Part shown: piece after piece, positions 47,770 through 60,683 of the stretch | Position numbering within the stretch: the first letter of the stretch is position 1 | Layout: every line of letters starts with the position of its first letter | Source: Takakia lepidozioides | Lineage: Eukaryota > Plantae > Bryophyta | Length of the DNA stretch: 64,000 nucleotides | Assembly: GCA_030704615.1 (NCBI GenBank) | Contig: CM060732.1 | Location: 23,746,001 to 23,810,000, forward strand | Reading direction: 5' to 3' | Position numbers and translations under genes: made by a program | Notes under the pieces: generated by a model | The model's input: the letters and a program-made list of their open reading frames with translations, nothing else | Told to the model about the DNA's origin: nothing | The model's database searches: none

Positions 47770-48308
47770 GCCTTTGATCCACCCAAACCTGCAACTGCCC
47801 ACCTCTACTTTAGTCTATTGTACCCCCAATCCTCCAGAATATATCATGTGACCCAGATACTCAATCTGATGGTGGAAAAACTTGCACTTCCCCGGATGTA
47901 ACTTCAATCTGTGCGCCCTCAAGCGCTCAAATACCACCTGAAGGTGTCTCTCATGCTCTTCCACCATAGCACTAAAGATGATGATGTCATCTATGTAGCA
48001 CCTAATAAACTTCACCCCTGCTAGAATCTTGTCCATGACTCTCTGAAACTCTGCAGAAGCCTTCTTAAGCCCAAATGATAAGAACCGCCACTGATATAGG
48101 CAATCCTTCCCATGCTCATTGATCCCCCAGAATGTCGTCTTCTGCTTATCCGCCTCCTTGATCGGCAACTGGTGATATCCGGATCGTAAATCCAAAGTGT
48201 TAAAGACCTTGGCATGCCCAATGACATCAAAGATCTCCTCTGGTGTTGGCATGGCATACCTATCGGACTTGGTCTGACGATTTACAGGCCGGTAATCACC
48301 GCACATAC
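47770..48308 (-). mobile_element. older Ty3/gypsy RT fragment (3' part), split by the chromovirus
   Basis: [35 protein letters not shown]. Confidence 0.88.
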
Positions 48309-49037
48309 TGTCGCGGCCCTTTGCCTTTAGGGCAGGGGGTCGGGACACACGAGGGGCTGCCCCTGTGGTGGGGGCAGCGACAGCGATAGGTATGGGGGGG
48401 GCTGAAGCACCCTTGAGTGCCCAAGGCACTCAGGGAAGCGGAGGCGCTCACTAGGTAGAGCCCCGCACACCGGGTTGCGGTGGGGGTGGCTCCACAAAGG
48501 GTGGTGGTAGCTTAGCGAGACTTAGTGGGGGTGGCATAGGACTCACCATGGGGGCGGAGACTTCGTGGTGGGAGTCGTGGGGAGTCTTGGGACTCATCAC
48601 GGTCCATAGGGGCCGTGGTGAGTGGGCCAAGACTCACCGCGACTCATCACCGGGAGTCGAGGGTTTTCGTGGTGGTTCGCCATAAAATGGCATGGCTGGT
48701 TGTGAAACCCCCGCGGACAGCTACAGAAGTATATATGAGGGAGTAGTAACCCCGAGAACGGTGCAAGCCCGTTGGTGACCAAAAACTAGTGAGTAAGCGA
48801 GCGAGCCGGAAAGCGACCAAAGAGTGGGGAGCTATTCCGGACTGCCATCTACCAAAGGGAATTCTCCTAGTCCCAATTAGGTGGAGGGTTTTAGAGGGAA
48901 GCGAAGGGGGACCGTTATGTCCCGGTGAGCAGCCGAAGCTCCAAGTTGGCCCGGCGGCCAGGTTGGGAATCAGGCGCGCGCATCAAAGCGAGTAACTATG
49001 ACTTGAAGGGGAGTTTACCGAAGTGAGGTGCGCGACA
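48309..49037 (+). repeat. 5' LTR (729 bp)
   Basis: TGTCGCG..CGCGACA. By eye it differs from the 3' LTR at about 8 substitutions and 1 indel. Confidence 0.95.
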
Positions 49038-49039
49038 CT

Positions 49040-49051
49040 TGGTATCAGAGC
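49040..49051 (+). other. primer-binding site for tRNA-iMet
   Basis: TGGTATCAGAGC, 2 nt after the 5' LTR. Confidence 0.92.
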
Positions 49052-49092
49052 TTAGAGTTCAGTACGCGATCGTCCTTGAGATTGGCCTCATC

Positions 49093-52000
49093 ATGGGGTC
49101 GGGCAAGCCGAAGCGAAAGCGGAACGGCCCAAAAGATGATGATCCCGGTGAGCCCGATGGGGGCGGCGTGTCACTGAGGCGGCCGTTTGAGAAAGCGATG
49201 CATGTTTCCGAAAACGAGGCTGCCCAAGAGCGGGAGGAATCCGAGGAGTCGGAGCCCGAGGAATCCTTGAGAGCTCCGACAAACCAAGAGATGCCTCCCA
49301 TGCCGACAGCCTTTTGGGAAGGGTTGTTGGCGCAGTTTGGCGGGACGTTGAAAGACGTGTTGAAGGCGGCTAATGCCACTTCCGCTAAGGCAAAGTTTAA
49401 GGTGAAGCCTAAGGAACCCGGCACCTTCGAGGGCGTCCGAAATCGGAAGGCACTCAACACCTGGCTCTTGGAGCTAGAGCAGTACTTCCGAGCGGCCAAG
49501 TTGAGTGACGAGGATCGGGTAGAAGTGGCTCCCACCTATTTGAGGGGCTATGCTCAACAATGGTGGCAAAAATGCCTTCACGACCGAGGCCCAAGCCCGG
49601 AAACCTTGAACTCAAGCAATTGATGAAGAGACAGTTTGTGCCCCTCAACGCGTCCTGGCTTGCCCGAGACAAGATGAGGAATTTGAAGCAAACAGATGAC
49701 ATTCGGGGTTTGTCCAGGCTTTCAATGTGCTGTTGCTCGAAGTCGCGGACATGGCAGAACCAGAAATGGTCTTCAACTTTGTGGCGGGACTGGCCCCATG
49801 GGCCAGGCGGAAGTTGGAGGAGAAGCCACCCAAGACTTTGAACGAGGCAATTGAGAGGGCTGAATGTTTCTCGGATGTCCCTAGGGGTGAGAGACAAGGC
49901 CGTACGGAGCTGAACCACAAGAAGACCCGGCGGGAAGGTGACTCCTCCTGACCGGAAAAGAAGTGGGATAGGCCACGCGGCGACAATGGCACGTGGAAAT
50001 CGAAGGGAGGGCCTTCACACGTCAAGGCGGCACCCGGTGCTTCGAAAGGAAAAGCGGGTGGAGCGGCTTATGGCGGACAGAAGGCGACCTTTGATGGAGT
50101 GTGTTTCAATTGCGGAGAGCCCGGGCACATGGCCAACCTCGACAATTGAACATGACTCGGGCAACCACGGAGCTGTCGGAAGATACCATCAGTCGCTTGG
50201 TGGAAGCGGTGGTCGCCAGGACTTGCAAGGTAGGCAACTATTCTTATGAGTTGTATCAGGAAACTGGCGCCCTGCGTAAAGGGAGTCAGTTATTGTTCGT
50301 GGATGGGATAATATCCGGAACTAACGTGTCGTTGTTGGTGGACACAGGAGCGTCGCACTCCTTCATGACGTCGGCGGCGGCGCGAAAGTTGGGACTCCCG
50401 ACAAGGGACGTGGGGGCCTCTATTGAGGTGCGTTCTGCCAAAGGAGAACCACAGTTGACGACAAGGTTGGCGTTTGATGTTCCTCTTCAACTGGGGAATT
50501 GGGAGGGACGTGAGAACTTCACCATCTGCGAGATCGATGGAGTAGATCTCATTCTGGGAAAATACCAGGATGTGATGCCGGAGGATTTACCAAGCGGCTT
50601 GCCACCGCGAAGAGGAGTTGACCACAAGATTGAGGTGATACCGGGAACGGAACCGCCTGCCAAGGCACCCTACCGGTTGAGCCACAGGGAGTTGGTCGAG
50701 CTGAAGACTCAGCTCAAGGATCTAATGTCAAAGGGGCACATCCGGCCGAGTAAGTCACCTTACGGAGCCCCAGTGCTATTCGCAGACAAGAAGGATGGGA
50801 CGCTGCGGATGTGTGTCGATTACAGGGCTCTGAATAAGGTGACTATCAAAAACCGGTACCCTTTGCCAAGGATCAACGACCTCTTCGATCGGTTGGCAGG
50901 AGCGAAGTATTTCAGCCGGATCGACTTGCGCTCCGGCTATCATCAAATTCGGGTGGCGGAAGGAGATGAGGAGAAGACCGCGTGCAGGACAAGGTATGGT
51001 TCATATGAGTTCTTGGTGATGCATTTTGGGCTCACCAATGCACCAGCGACATTTAGCACGCTGATGAACAGCCTTTTCCAGGAGTGGTTGGATGACTTTG
51101 TGATCGTGTACATCGACGACATCGTGGTGTACTCGAAACAAAGGAAGAACACCTGGAGCACCTAAAAAGGGTGTTCCAAAAATTGCGAGAAGGGAAGCTA
51201 TATGCCAAAGCTTCAAAGTGCGAATTTACAGGATGGGATCAAAATGGATGACAGAAAGGTGAGGGCGATCTTGGACTGGGAGCCTCCGACTTCGGTCCCG
51301 GGAGTGCGATCCTTCCTAGGACTTGCCTCATATTACCGGAAGTATGTGAGAAATTTCGCCAAGATCGCGGGGCTGTTGTCGGACCTTCTGTGTAAAACCA
51401 AAGTCTGGGTATGGAACACATTTTGTGGCCAAGCTTTTGCTGAATTGAAGCAGCGGATGGCGGAAGCTCCAGTCTTGAAAATCCCGGAGTTCGATTGTCC
51501 ATTTGAAATTCATACAGATGCGTCGGACTTCGCGATTGGGGTGTACTTATGCAAGATGGACGTCCAGTGGCTTACGAAAGTAAGAAACTGAATGAAGTGG
51601 AGCGACGGTGGCCGACGCACGAAAAAGAGATGAAGGCGGTGGTGCATTACCTTGAGCTTTGGCGCCACTATGTTGGTTCCAACCCAGTGAAGGTGTTCAC
51701 GGACAATGTCACAGTGAAGTATTTTGCCACGCAACCCAAGTTGTCCCCAAAACAACTTAGGTGGCAAGATACTTTGGCGGTGTTCGACGTGGATATCCAG
51801 TACAAACCGGGACGGGACAATGTGGTGGCCGATGCTTTAAGTAGAAAGCAGCAGCTCCTGTTGGTGTACAGGTGCGAGACGGCGCTCCAAAAGAAGATCC
51901 GGAAGGCTTGCCGGAAGGATGAGCTGGCGAAGTCCGTGATGCAGGACTTGAGGATGGGGGTTAAATCGCAGTTCCACTTGCAAAATGGACTGCTCCGGTA

Positions 52001-53336
52001 TAAGCAAAAACGTCTCTACGTGCCAAAAGAAGGGATCAGAGATAGCCTCTTGAGAGAATGCCATGATAGCCCGCTTGCAGGCCACGGCAGAGCCAAGCGC
52101 ACTGCGGCACTCCTGAAGAAAGAGTATTTCTGGCCCAAACTGAGGGAGGAGACAGAGGAGTATGTCAAGACATGCACCACATGCCAATAAAACCGGAGCG
52201 AGTACAAAAAGCAAGCGGGGCTGTTACAACCCTTGCCGATTCCAGAGGGGACTTGGGAAAGCGTCTCAATGGATTTCATGACTGCTATGCCGCTGTCAAA
52301 AGGATTCGATGCAATCATGGTGGTGGTGGATAGGTTCAGTAAAATGGGCCATTTCATTCCCACCAAGGAGACGGCAACGGCGCAGGAGACAGGGCGACTT
52401 TACTTCGCCCACGTCTTAAAACATCATGGAGTCCCAAAGGATATTGTCTCGGATCGCGATCCAAAGTTTACGAGTAAATTTTGGAGGACACTTTGGAAGA
52501 AGATGGGGACGAGGCTGAAGATAAGCACCGCCTTCCGACCTACGACGGACGGCCAAACGGAAAGAGTGAATTCCGTAGTGAAGCAATTCTTGCGGAATTA
52601 CGTGTCGGCAGACCAATCAGACTGGATGGAACACTTAGACGCGGCAGAGTTCTGTTATAATAACACAGAACACTCCGCAACGGGAGTTTCCCCTTTCGTA
52701 TTGGTCTATGGAAAAGCACCTCTGGTGCCGACAAGTTGGGCCGCCCAGGACGTTAAGGAACCGGCAGTAGCGGCGGTACTGGAAGAACGCGAGCGTTTGT
52801 TGAAGCTCGCAAAGTACAATATTGCCAAAGCTAGGAAACGGTATGAAAAGCAGGCGAATCAGAAGCGGAGGGAAGTGAAGTTTGAGGCAGGCACAGAGGT
52901 CTGGTTGAACATCAAGAATTTCCGACTACCTCCGGAAGTGAGTCCGAAGTTCGTACCTCCGTATGCGGGACCCTTTCGCATTCGGAAGGTTATGAATGAG
53001 GATGTGTATGAATTGGAGCTGCCGGCAAACAGCAAGGTGCACCCAGTATTCCATGTCTCCCTTTTGAAACCTTACTTCAAAGATGAAGCGCGTCCGAATC
53101 GGCATCAAGTGTTGCGTCCGCCACCTATGCTGTTGGATCATGAAAATGAACCTGAGTACGAGGTGGAGGCAATACTTAAGTCGAGGAGGTTCAGGAACCG
53201 AGAAACGGAGTATCTCGTCAAATGGAAGGGCTATCATCATGTGGAGGCATCTTGGGTGCGTGCCTCAGAAATGGGAAACGCATCCGAGGCGGTTGCAGCT
53301 TTCGAAAGGCGACCTCAAAAGCGGAAGAAGCGTTGA
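49093..53336 (+). pseudogene. gag-pol with integrase C-terminal chromodomain
   Basis: gag KPKEPGTFEG..WL; knuckle CFNCGEPGH; [10 protein letters not shown]; RT VYIDD; RH HTDASDF; IN HHCC plus DDE (SMDF, VSDRD, GQTE); GPY/F; chromodomain EYEVEAIL..YLVKWKGY..SW. Multiple frameshifts and a stop at 52188. Confidence 0.93.
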
Positions 53337-54241
53337 TGGGGACATCAACCTTGGAGCGTGGGGGAGGAAATGCATGCTTAGCCCGGTTTAGCTAGCTCAG
53401 GAATCCGATTGCAAAAACTTGTATTGTACAAAAATTTGTTATAAAGGAAATGGGTTCCAAATATTGTGCGTCCTATTTGTTTGGAATGGTGATGCATGGT
53501 GTGGTTGGCTAGTGTGTAGAATGCATGCTAGCTTACAAAAGTGGGAGAGGTAAATTGGGTTAATCGTGTGTTTGCGCAATGCCAAAATCGGGTGACTCCC
53601 ATCCAAGGGGCAAGGAAACTTGCGCCTTCTTTGGGAGTTCACGTGCTAGTGCGCACCTGGCGCGTGCGCGTACTATAACTGCGCTACCGAGGGGGTTGCC
53701 TTGTAGTGCGGGCTAACGCGGAAGCTACGTGCTTCCGTTCACGTACTATAATCGTGTAGCCTCGGGACGAAGTCGTAGTGCGGCTTCGGCGTGTTCCCGT
53801 ACCTCAGGCCAGCATTCCAAGGCGGACCCAATTGTAGTGATTGGGGCGCACGGTTGGTTCAAGGTTATCTTCCTAGTCAAAGAGGGTTCCAGGTGAACCC
53901 TTGCTCAAGGTGATGCCAAAAGCGGCATCATGAGCGATCGCAAGCAATGTTGTTGCAGTAAGGCGATTCGATCCTCGGGGAGGATCGTTCCTTGGCCTTG
54001 AAGTAGGCCAAGAAGAGTGCACTGGGAGGAGCTAGAGAGGCTCCACCCTTGGCTGGGACTTGGAGGAAGTCGGTCGAACTAGCTAGTGGAGAGTAGAGTC
54101 AAGTGTGGGGTTTGGTTCTTTACCATGGAACGCCAGGGTACGGAAACAAACTCCTTGATGTGGGACGCCACAACTTGAAGGTTCGTTTCTACAAAATGGA
54201 CAAGTCGATGAGGACATCGACTCCCTGTTGGTAGGGGTGTG

Positions 54242-54971
54242 TGTCGCGGCCCTTTGCCTTGAGGGCAGGGGGTCGGGACACACGAGGGGCTGCCCCTGTG
54301 GTGGGGGCAGCGGCAGCGAATAGGTATGGGGGGGGCTGAAGCACCCTTGAGTGCCCAAGGCACTCAGGGAAGCGGAGGCGCTCACTAGGTGGAGCCCCGC
54401 ACACCGGGTTGCGGTGGGGGTGGCTCCACAAGGGGTGGTGGTAGCTTAGCGAGACTTAGTGGGGGTGGCATAGGACTCACCATGGGGGCGGAGACCTCGT
54501 GGTGGGAGTCGTGGGGAGTCTTGGGACTCATCACGGTCCATAGGGGCCGTGGTGAGTGGGCCAAGACTCACCGCGACTCATCACCGGGAGTCGAGGGTTT
54601 TCGTGGTGGTTCGCCATAAAATGGCATGGCTGGTTGTGAAACCCCCGCGGACAGCTACAGAAGTATATATGAGGGAGTAGTAACCCCGAGAACGGTGCAA
54701 GCCCGTTGGTGACCAAAAACTAGTGAGTAAGCGAGCGAGCCGGAAAGCGACCAAAGAGTGGGGAGCTATTCCGGACTGCCATCTACCAAAGGGAATTCTC
54801 CTAGTCCCAATTAGGTGGAGGGTTTTAGAGGGAAGCGAAGGGGGACCGTTATGTCCCGGTGAGCAGCCGAAGCTCCAAGTTGGCCCGACGGCCAGGTTGG
54901 GAGTCAGGAGCGCGCATCAAAGCGAGTAACTATGACTTGAAGGGGAGTTTACCGAAGTGAGGTGCGCGACA
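54242..54971 (+). repeat. 3' LTR (730 bp)
   Basis: Near-identical to 48309-49037. Confidence 0.95.
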
Positions 54972-55420
54972 CATACATCTCTCCGTCCAATTGCCATAGA
55001 CATCCTTCTTGGCTAGCATCACTGTGGCTGAAGCATACTCTCCACCAGATAGCTCCACCAAACCAGCCTCCCAGAGGTCCTGAGTCCTCATCTGAATCAT
55101 GGACCTCTCCATGTCACTGTATCCATAGGGTCTCCGAAAGATTGGCGTGTCAGTGGCCAATTCAATGCGAATCTCTTGACCCTTCAATGCTCCCAAGTCC
55201 TTCAAACTGAAGGCAAAGCAGTTCCTGCAAGCCCTCAAGAACCACCGTATACGTCGTCTCTCTCCTCCGATGACTATGGGTCCAACATCAGGCTCCCAGT
55301 TGTCCTCCGTGACTGCAATCTTAAGTCCCGCAGGCTTAGAGGTAGAAGACGCGTCCGGTGGTTGCTATGCTGCAACCTCTTGAGCAGTGACCACTACCTA
55401 CTCTGTCAGTGATAATGCCT
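54972..55420 (-). mobile_element. older Ty3/gypsy RT fragment (5' part)
   Basis: FAFSLKDLG..IELATDTPIFRRPY..EYASATVMLAKKDVYGNWTERCM joins CGDYR at 48308 once the chromovirus is removed. Confidence 0.85.
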
Positions 55421-55859
55421 CATCCTGCCCCACACTCATATTCGCACTCAAGCAACATAAGCTGGAGCCATTTTCAGATTATGAGTACCCGTGTTTTAAG
55501 AATACTCATTTTTCAACTTGTGGTGAATGGGCAGAAAACTTCACAATGTGCAGCAGATTAATGGACCAAGATGCGGAGCTGAATTGGGTATCCAGTTGGG
55601 CAATGCTGGTTTCAAAACCCCGTTCCATCCCTGCGTTTCAAAGATCTGGCTTGAATGGGCACACTCCGGCAGTGGAAGCTCACGGAGTAATGAGTTTGGG
55701 CTGATATGCATGCTGACATGCCATGCCGGTGCAAAGAATAGCGCTCTGAGTGGTGATTGTATCTCAAAATCTGCCCCTGCATTCAAGCTGATTTCTCTCT
55801 CGAGCAGAGCCGCCTTGTGGATGTTCCAGCCAATGTCCAAAAACAGCTCAAGTGCAAGA

Positions 55860-57040
55860 CAACAACATCAGCAAGGCATGGTTAGCTAAGCAAGATCATG
55901 GTGGAGAGGCATTTGAACTCTCTGAACGTAATGTGGTCGGACTTCACCCCCTCCCACATCAACTGCTCATAGGTCTCCAAAACCTGCAATCCCCGCCCCT
56001 GTTGTGCATGTCCTACGATCATCACTTTCCACGACACCACATTTTGCTCAGCCATATTGTTGAACACTCCCTATCCAGAAGGGTATTGTTCATAATGACA
56101 TCTACCACAGTTCCAGCTTTGACGATGCAACCATGGACCTCTTTGCCCTTCTCCAGCAGGCTCGCACATGCACTACAAACACAAACAAACGTAATGTGCT
56201 CGGGCTTCACCCCCTAGACCCACATCATTTGCTCATAGGTCTCCAAAACCCGCAATCCTCGCCCATGTTGTGCATGTCCTATGATTATCACGTTCCACCA
56301 CACCACATTTCGCTCAGCCATATTGTTGAACACTCCTTGTCCATAAGGGAATGCTCCCACGTTTGGCATACATGTCGACGAGGTATTATTACATCTGGTA
56401 CAGTTCCAGCTTTGACGATGTCACAATGGACCTCTTTGCCCTTTACCGGGTCTCCAAGTCTCCAGGGCTGCCAGGTTTGCACATGCATTGCAAACACAAA
56501 TGAACGTGACCCGGTCAGGCTGCACCCCTTCTTGCAACATTTGCTCATATGTCTCCAATGCCCATCCCGCACACATGCTGGCCATATCTTGCGAGATTCA
56601 GTGTGTTCCATGAGACAACATCTCGTTCAGCCATGTTATCAAACTCTCCCTTCGCAACTTCATAGGTCTCCAAAGCCTCCATCCCACGTCCCTGCTGTGC
56701 ATACCCTGCAAACATTGCACTCCACGACACTACGTCATCTCGGCAAAACAAGCTGAAATAGGTCAAAGAAGAAGGTGCCCTCACCACATTGTCCTCTACC
56801 TTGTGTCATGACCCATTGCGGATTAGACTGACCATGAACCCAAGAAGACCTCTTGTGCATGCTGCTTGTATCTGTAGTCAGGTAATGTGGGATTGGTCCG
56901 TAAGAACCACCACGGTGCAGCTGAGCGGGCAGAGATTAAAATGTGGGCTGCTAAGACCAAGCTGATTCCCCCAAGAACCTTGTGATCATCAGGAAGAATA
57001 CCAAATCATGGTACAAAGGGGAGCCAAGAGCCCACATTTG
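55860..57040 (-). pseudogene. second decayed PDF-motif plus PLS-PPR gene copy, homologous to 4390-5150
   Basis: The reverse complement of 56760-56940 aligns with 4575-4770 (NPTLPDYRYK..WVHGQSNPQWV). It is followed by DVVSWSAMFAGYAQQGRGMEALETY and repeated KGKEVH..VKAGTV.DV / FNNMAE.NVV PPR pieces. Confidence 0.75.
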
Positions 57041-57719
57041 CACATAATGCACCCCTGCATAAACGCTTGCAACAACAGGACATGGCCTCGATTTGTCTTC
57101 TTCGTTCTTCTCGCATCACTTGCTCGTCTCTCTCCCAAGCCTCCATCCCTCTCCCAACACTTAAACAAATTCAGGCAAAGGACAAAGTTACTCTTCCACC
57201 CTTAGATTATTTTACATCCGACGATTAGAACAATCTCTACGAGCCACACAAGCCCTAAAATATATTAAAATAATCCACGTCATGAGCCATGTGGAGCACT
57301 TATAAAAATTCCATTTTTGAATTGGGTGTGCAATGAATGCCTAGTTGTTAAGAGTCGTTCTCTAGTGCTTAAAACCACTTGTAATTGATGTTTTTTTTTT
57401 TCTTTCTTTAAACAATTTACGTAATTGAATTAAATCGCCGCGAATATTGCGCCGACTGCGGAGTCATTGATGCAACTTCTATCCGCCATTAGAAATACGA
57501 ATTTATCCGATACGACTGTGCAGTAGTAACAAACATCTCAAAGTTGTTCCCTCAGTGGTTTTGGACATGCAATCGATTCGGAAAAGACACGAATGTTTCT
57601 AGTGTAGTGTCGACACCATCCATGTGACAGACTTTGAAAAACAGACAAGTGGCCAGACCATTGTGGGATGATGCTATTGAACAAATGGTTCCAACAATAA
57701 ACTTTATTCTGAATCTGAA

Positions 57720-60410
57720 ACCTATTCGTCACCCTCTGAATCACTTTGCTCAACTGGAATAGCGGTTGGTTGCACAAATGTCGCTTGAATGGTAGCCAAC
57801 ATAGCCAGGTCTTCTTTATTTAGAGCCGTGGCACCATCAAAAATACAATGGGGTGCACTCGTCCATAATCCAATTTCAAGATCTCTTTGATGACCTCAAC
57901 GTACTCTAATGGTGACATGACTGGATTTCTATCACGCACACTATTTTTGCTCTGTTGCTGGAAGACGAATGCAACCTTGGAATCAAAAGAGACAAGAAGA
58001 CGAGGGGGTTGAATTGTGGGGGTTGGCTTTGATGCAGGCGCAATTGGTGCAGTGCATGTGGAAGTATGAAGAGCAGCTTTCTCAGCCTGCAAACATCACC
58101 CCCCAACACCCCTTAGAGCTCTAAAGTCTTGTAAATGTCACAGCCATGTACCCAACATGGCTAAATGACCACATTGTACAACAAACGTAGCCAACAGGGA
58201 AGGCTTATGGGTGCTCACCTCTAGTAGGGGGATTACAGCAGGACCAGGTGCCTCCTCAAGGCCCACGTGATCCTTACTCCCGCTAGATGCTGGTGTTATG
58301 TTGCCAATTGCATCAGCCATTTTGAAATTGTCTTTGGGAGCAGTGGCTCTGGTCACACGTTCAGTTTTTCGTGTTTGTTTCTTTTCAGCTCCCTTCACGA
58401 CTAACCAATATGTTCATAATGCATTCATGGTTGTATTGGTGTCACGCACACCATTAAATAAAACATACATGAGAGTAACAGATGACGGACAGTCTGCCCA
58501 AGAAAATGAAACAAGATAAAGTCTGGGAGGATGTACCTCTTTCTGTGGGGAAGTTGCCTGGTGAGGAATAGGTACATTCTTGTCTGCCAACACCCTACTA
58601 TCACCCTTACTAGCACTGTCAATGGAGCAGACGTCATCACCAGGAGCCAGTGATGTCCCACCTCCACCTCGTGGCAATTTTTCAGGAGCCCCCTTGCGCC
58701 CCATTCGTACAGTAGTGATTACAAGGTCCTCAACCACTGAATGTGGCTTTTCCCCAACTTGCGGAGCTTCTTCCTGCACCTGAGCAAAACATACCACAAC
58801 AGCTCATCTCAAACTCAAGAAACACTTTAGGGATGCCAAAAAAAAATGTGGGGTGAAGAATAATGTAACCCACCTCTTGCACAAAAGTGTTGCCTTCCAA
58901 GCCTGCATCATCATCCACTGGTGCAATTAAAAGACATATTGGGATAGCAATTGGAGGAGGGGCGGGCGTCGATATTCCCACCATCATTGCCATCAATGCA
59001 TCCAGTTTTTTGGCATTATCCTTGGAAGCCTTAGCCACTTCAGCTTTTATAGTGGCCAATGCGCCCTCAATCGTGGGGATCTGGGTTTCTGACAAGGCAA
59101 CCACACTACCCTCAAGATGGGACAGTCGAGCCTGCATCACACTCCATCCTCCCTACAGACCCAAACAACATGGAGATAATGAGTTTGTATGGTCTGTCTG
59201 CTAATGCAAGAAATCTAAGTAGTGACAAAGTAAGGGCCGCACGACATTTACCTCTACGTCATGACATGACTGGGAGCCATATCCTTTGTCCACCTTTGCG
59301 GCGTGTTCCAGCTCAGTCAAGCTGGGACTGCTTGCTCGGTCTTTCTTCTGCCAGTGCCACAACAAAAACAAGTAAGCCCCTACTCATGAAATCATTTCCA
59401 AGTTTACAGAGTCAAGACTGTACCACCACTTTGCAACAAACTCACATGGCGCCTCTACTGTCCTACTCCATGCACATAGACCATGTAAATATATATACAC
59501 ATATACATATACTAATACATGTGGTGCAGGTATTCATATTACCAAGCGCCTTGCCTGTCCAACCATCCCTGCTCTTCCAACCCTCGATGGGTTGGTAACA
59601 CTGGATCGTGCTCTCTTCATGTTCTCACTCTCTTTCTGCCCCTTGGGGGACTCTCAATACTTCACCAATGCATCCCAATGGGTGGACTCTACACTTGGAG
59701 GGCACGAACCTCGAGCCTTCCACCCCAACTTCAGTTTTTGGCGGTACACTTTTACAATCCTCCCACATGCTGCATGGAACTTGGATACGCTCATAGGTTC
59801 AGGATTGTACTCAAAATCCTCGTCCATGGCCATGTCACTGGGTTCTTGCTTATCTGCTAGCAAAATACTAGGATCAAGATATTTGATGCACAGTCCCCGC
59901 AAGGAGCTCTGCCAGTAATCCTTTCCCTCACACCCCTGGTCTACTGCCCCCTTAGAGTTTAGTTGTACCTTGTGCGCCTTCAGCCCAACGGCCTTTCGGG
60001 ATTTGGCATTAGTTTCTTGTGCCTTTGAAGTCTGCCTCTTTGCACGTTTTTTGTCTGCAGCCTCAGAATGCACATCCCCTTGTTGTGTGGACTTGTGATC
60101 ATCACCATAAGGGGGTGTGAATGGAGGAGGACCACCATTAAAAGGGGGGCTTGCCCACTGCCCACCAGCAGTGGGACAAGGAGGTGCCCAAGTTTGGGCA
60201 GCTCCTTGTACCCATGCTCCATTACCTCCGGAATTGGACCCACCTGGTATCCATGACCATGAATTGGTTGTGGGTAGTGGGGCCATGGGCTGCTGCCAGG
60301 TAGGCGGTCCTTGCTGCATCCATGTTTGCCCGCCTGTGGATTGTACCCATGGCCCATTCGGGGCTTGTTGCACCCATGTCGTAGGTGGACCAGCAGCAGG
60401 AGCCATAGCC
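57720..60410 (-). mobile_element. CACTA-derived remnant: TnpA-like ORF (60406-59654) and TnpD C-terminal fragment (~57990-57830)
   Basis: LRGLCIKYLD..FEY..CPPSV..HWDALVKY is TnpA-like. FDSKVAFVFQQ..RDRN..LEYVEVIKEILKLDYG is DUF4216-like. Termini not established. Confidence 0.6.
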
Positions 60411-60683
60411 TGAGGTCCCCTTTCCTTTGCACACTCTGATGCAGCCTAACACAAGCCCCTCCACCCCACAGAGTTGGAACTTAGGGGAAAAAAGAATTGA
60501 CATGGCAAAAGTTGAACCTGCATGCTAGCAATGAACGCATATAGACCTTGGCCCAAAGTGCCTTAAAATGTTTGGCATCCGATGTTGTGAATGCATGGAA
60601 CGTCATGCTCTGGCAACCTTGCAATGACCACATCCATTTCCATATTAAAAAATGTACACTGCCTGGTCCAAATTACCCTCCCT

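Larger units (their letters stand above)
48309..54971 (+). mobile_element. chromovirus (Ty3/gypsy LTR retrotransposon) with both LTRs, coding region disrupted
   Basis: TG..CA LTRs at 48309-49037 and 54242-54971; TSD CATAC at 48304-48308 and 54972-54976; PBS TGGTATCAGAGC; gag-PR-RT-RH-IN-chromodomain order. Confidence 0.97.

Noticed and set aside
55541-55840. Ankyrin-like fragment (GWNIHKAAL..LNAGAD)
   Set aside because: Single partial motif, too weak to call.
57350-57530. CACTA termini at ..CTCTAGTG (57367) or ..GCAGTAGTA (~57528)
   Set aside because: No matching partner TIR or TSD could be found in the window.
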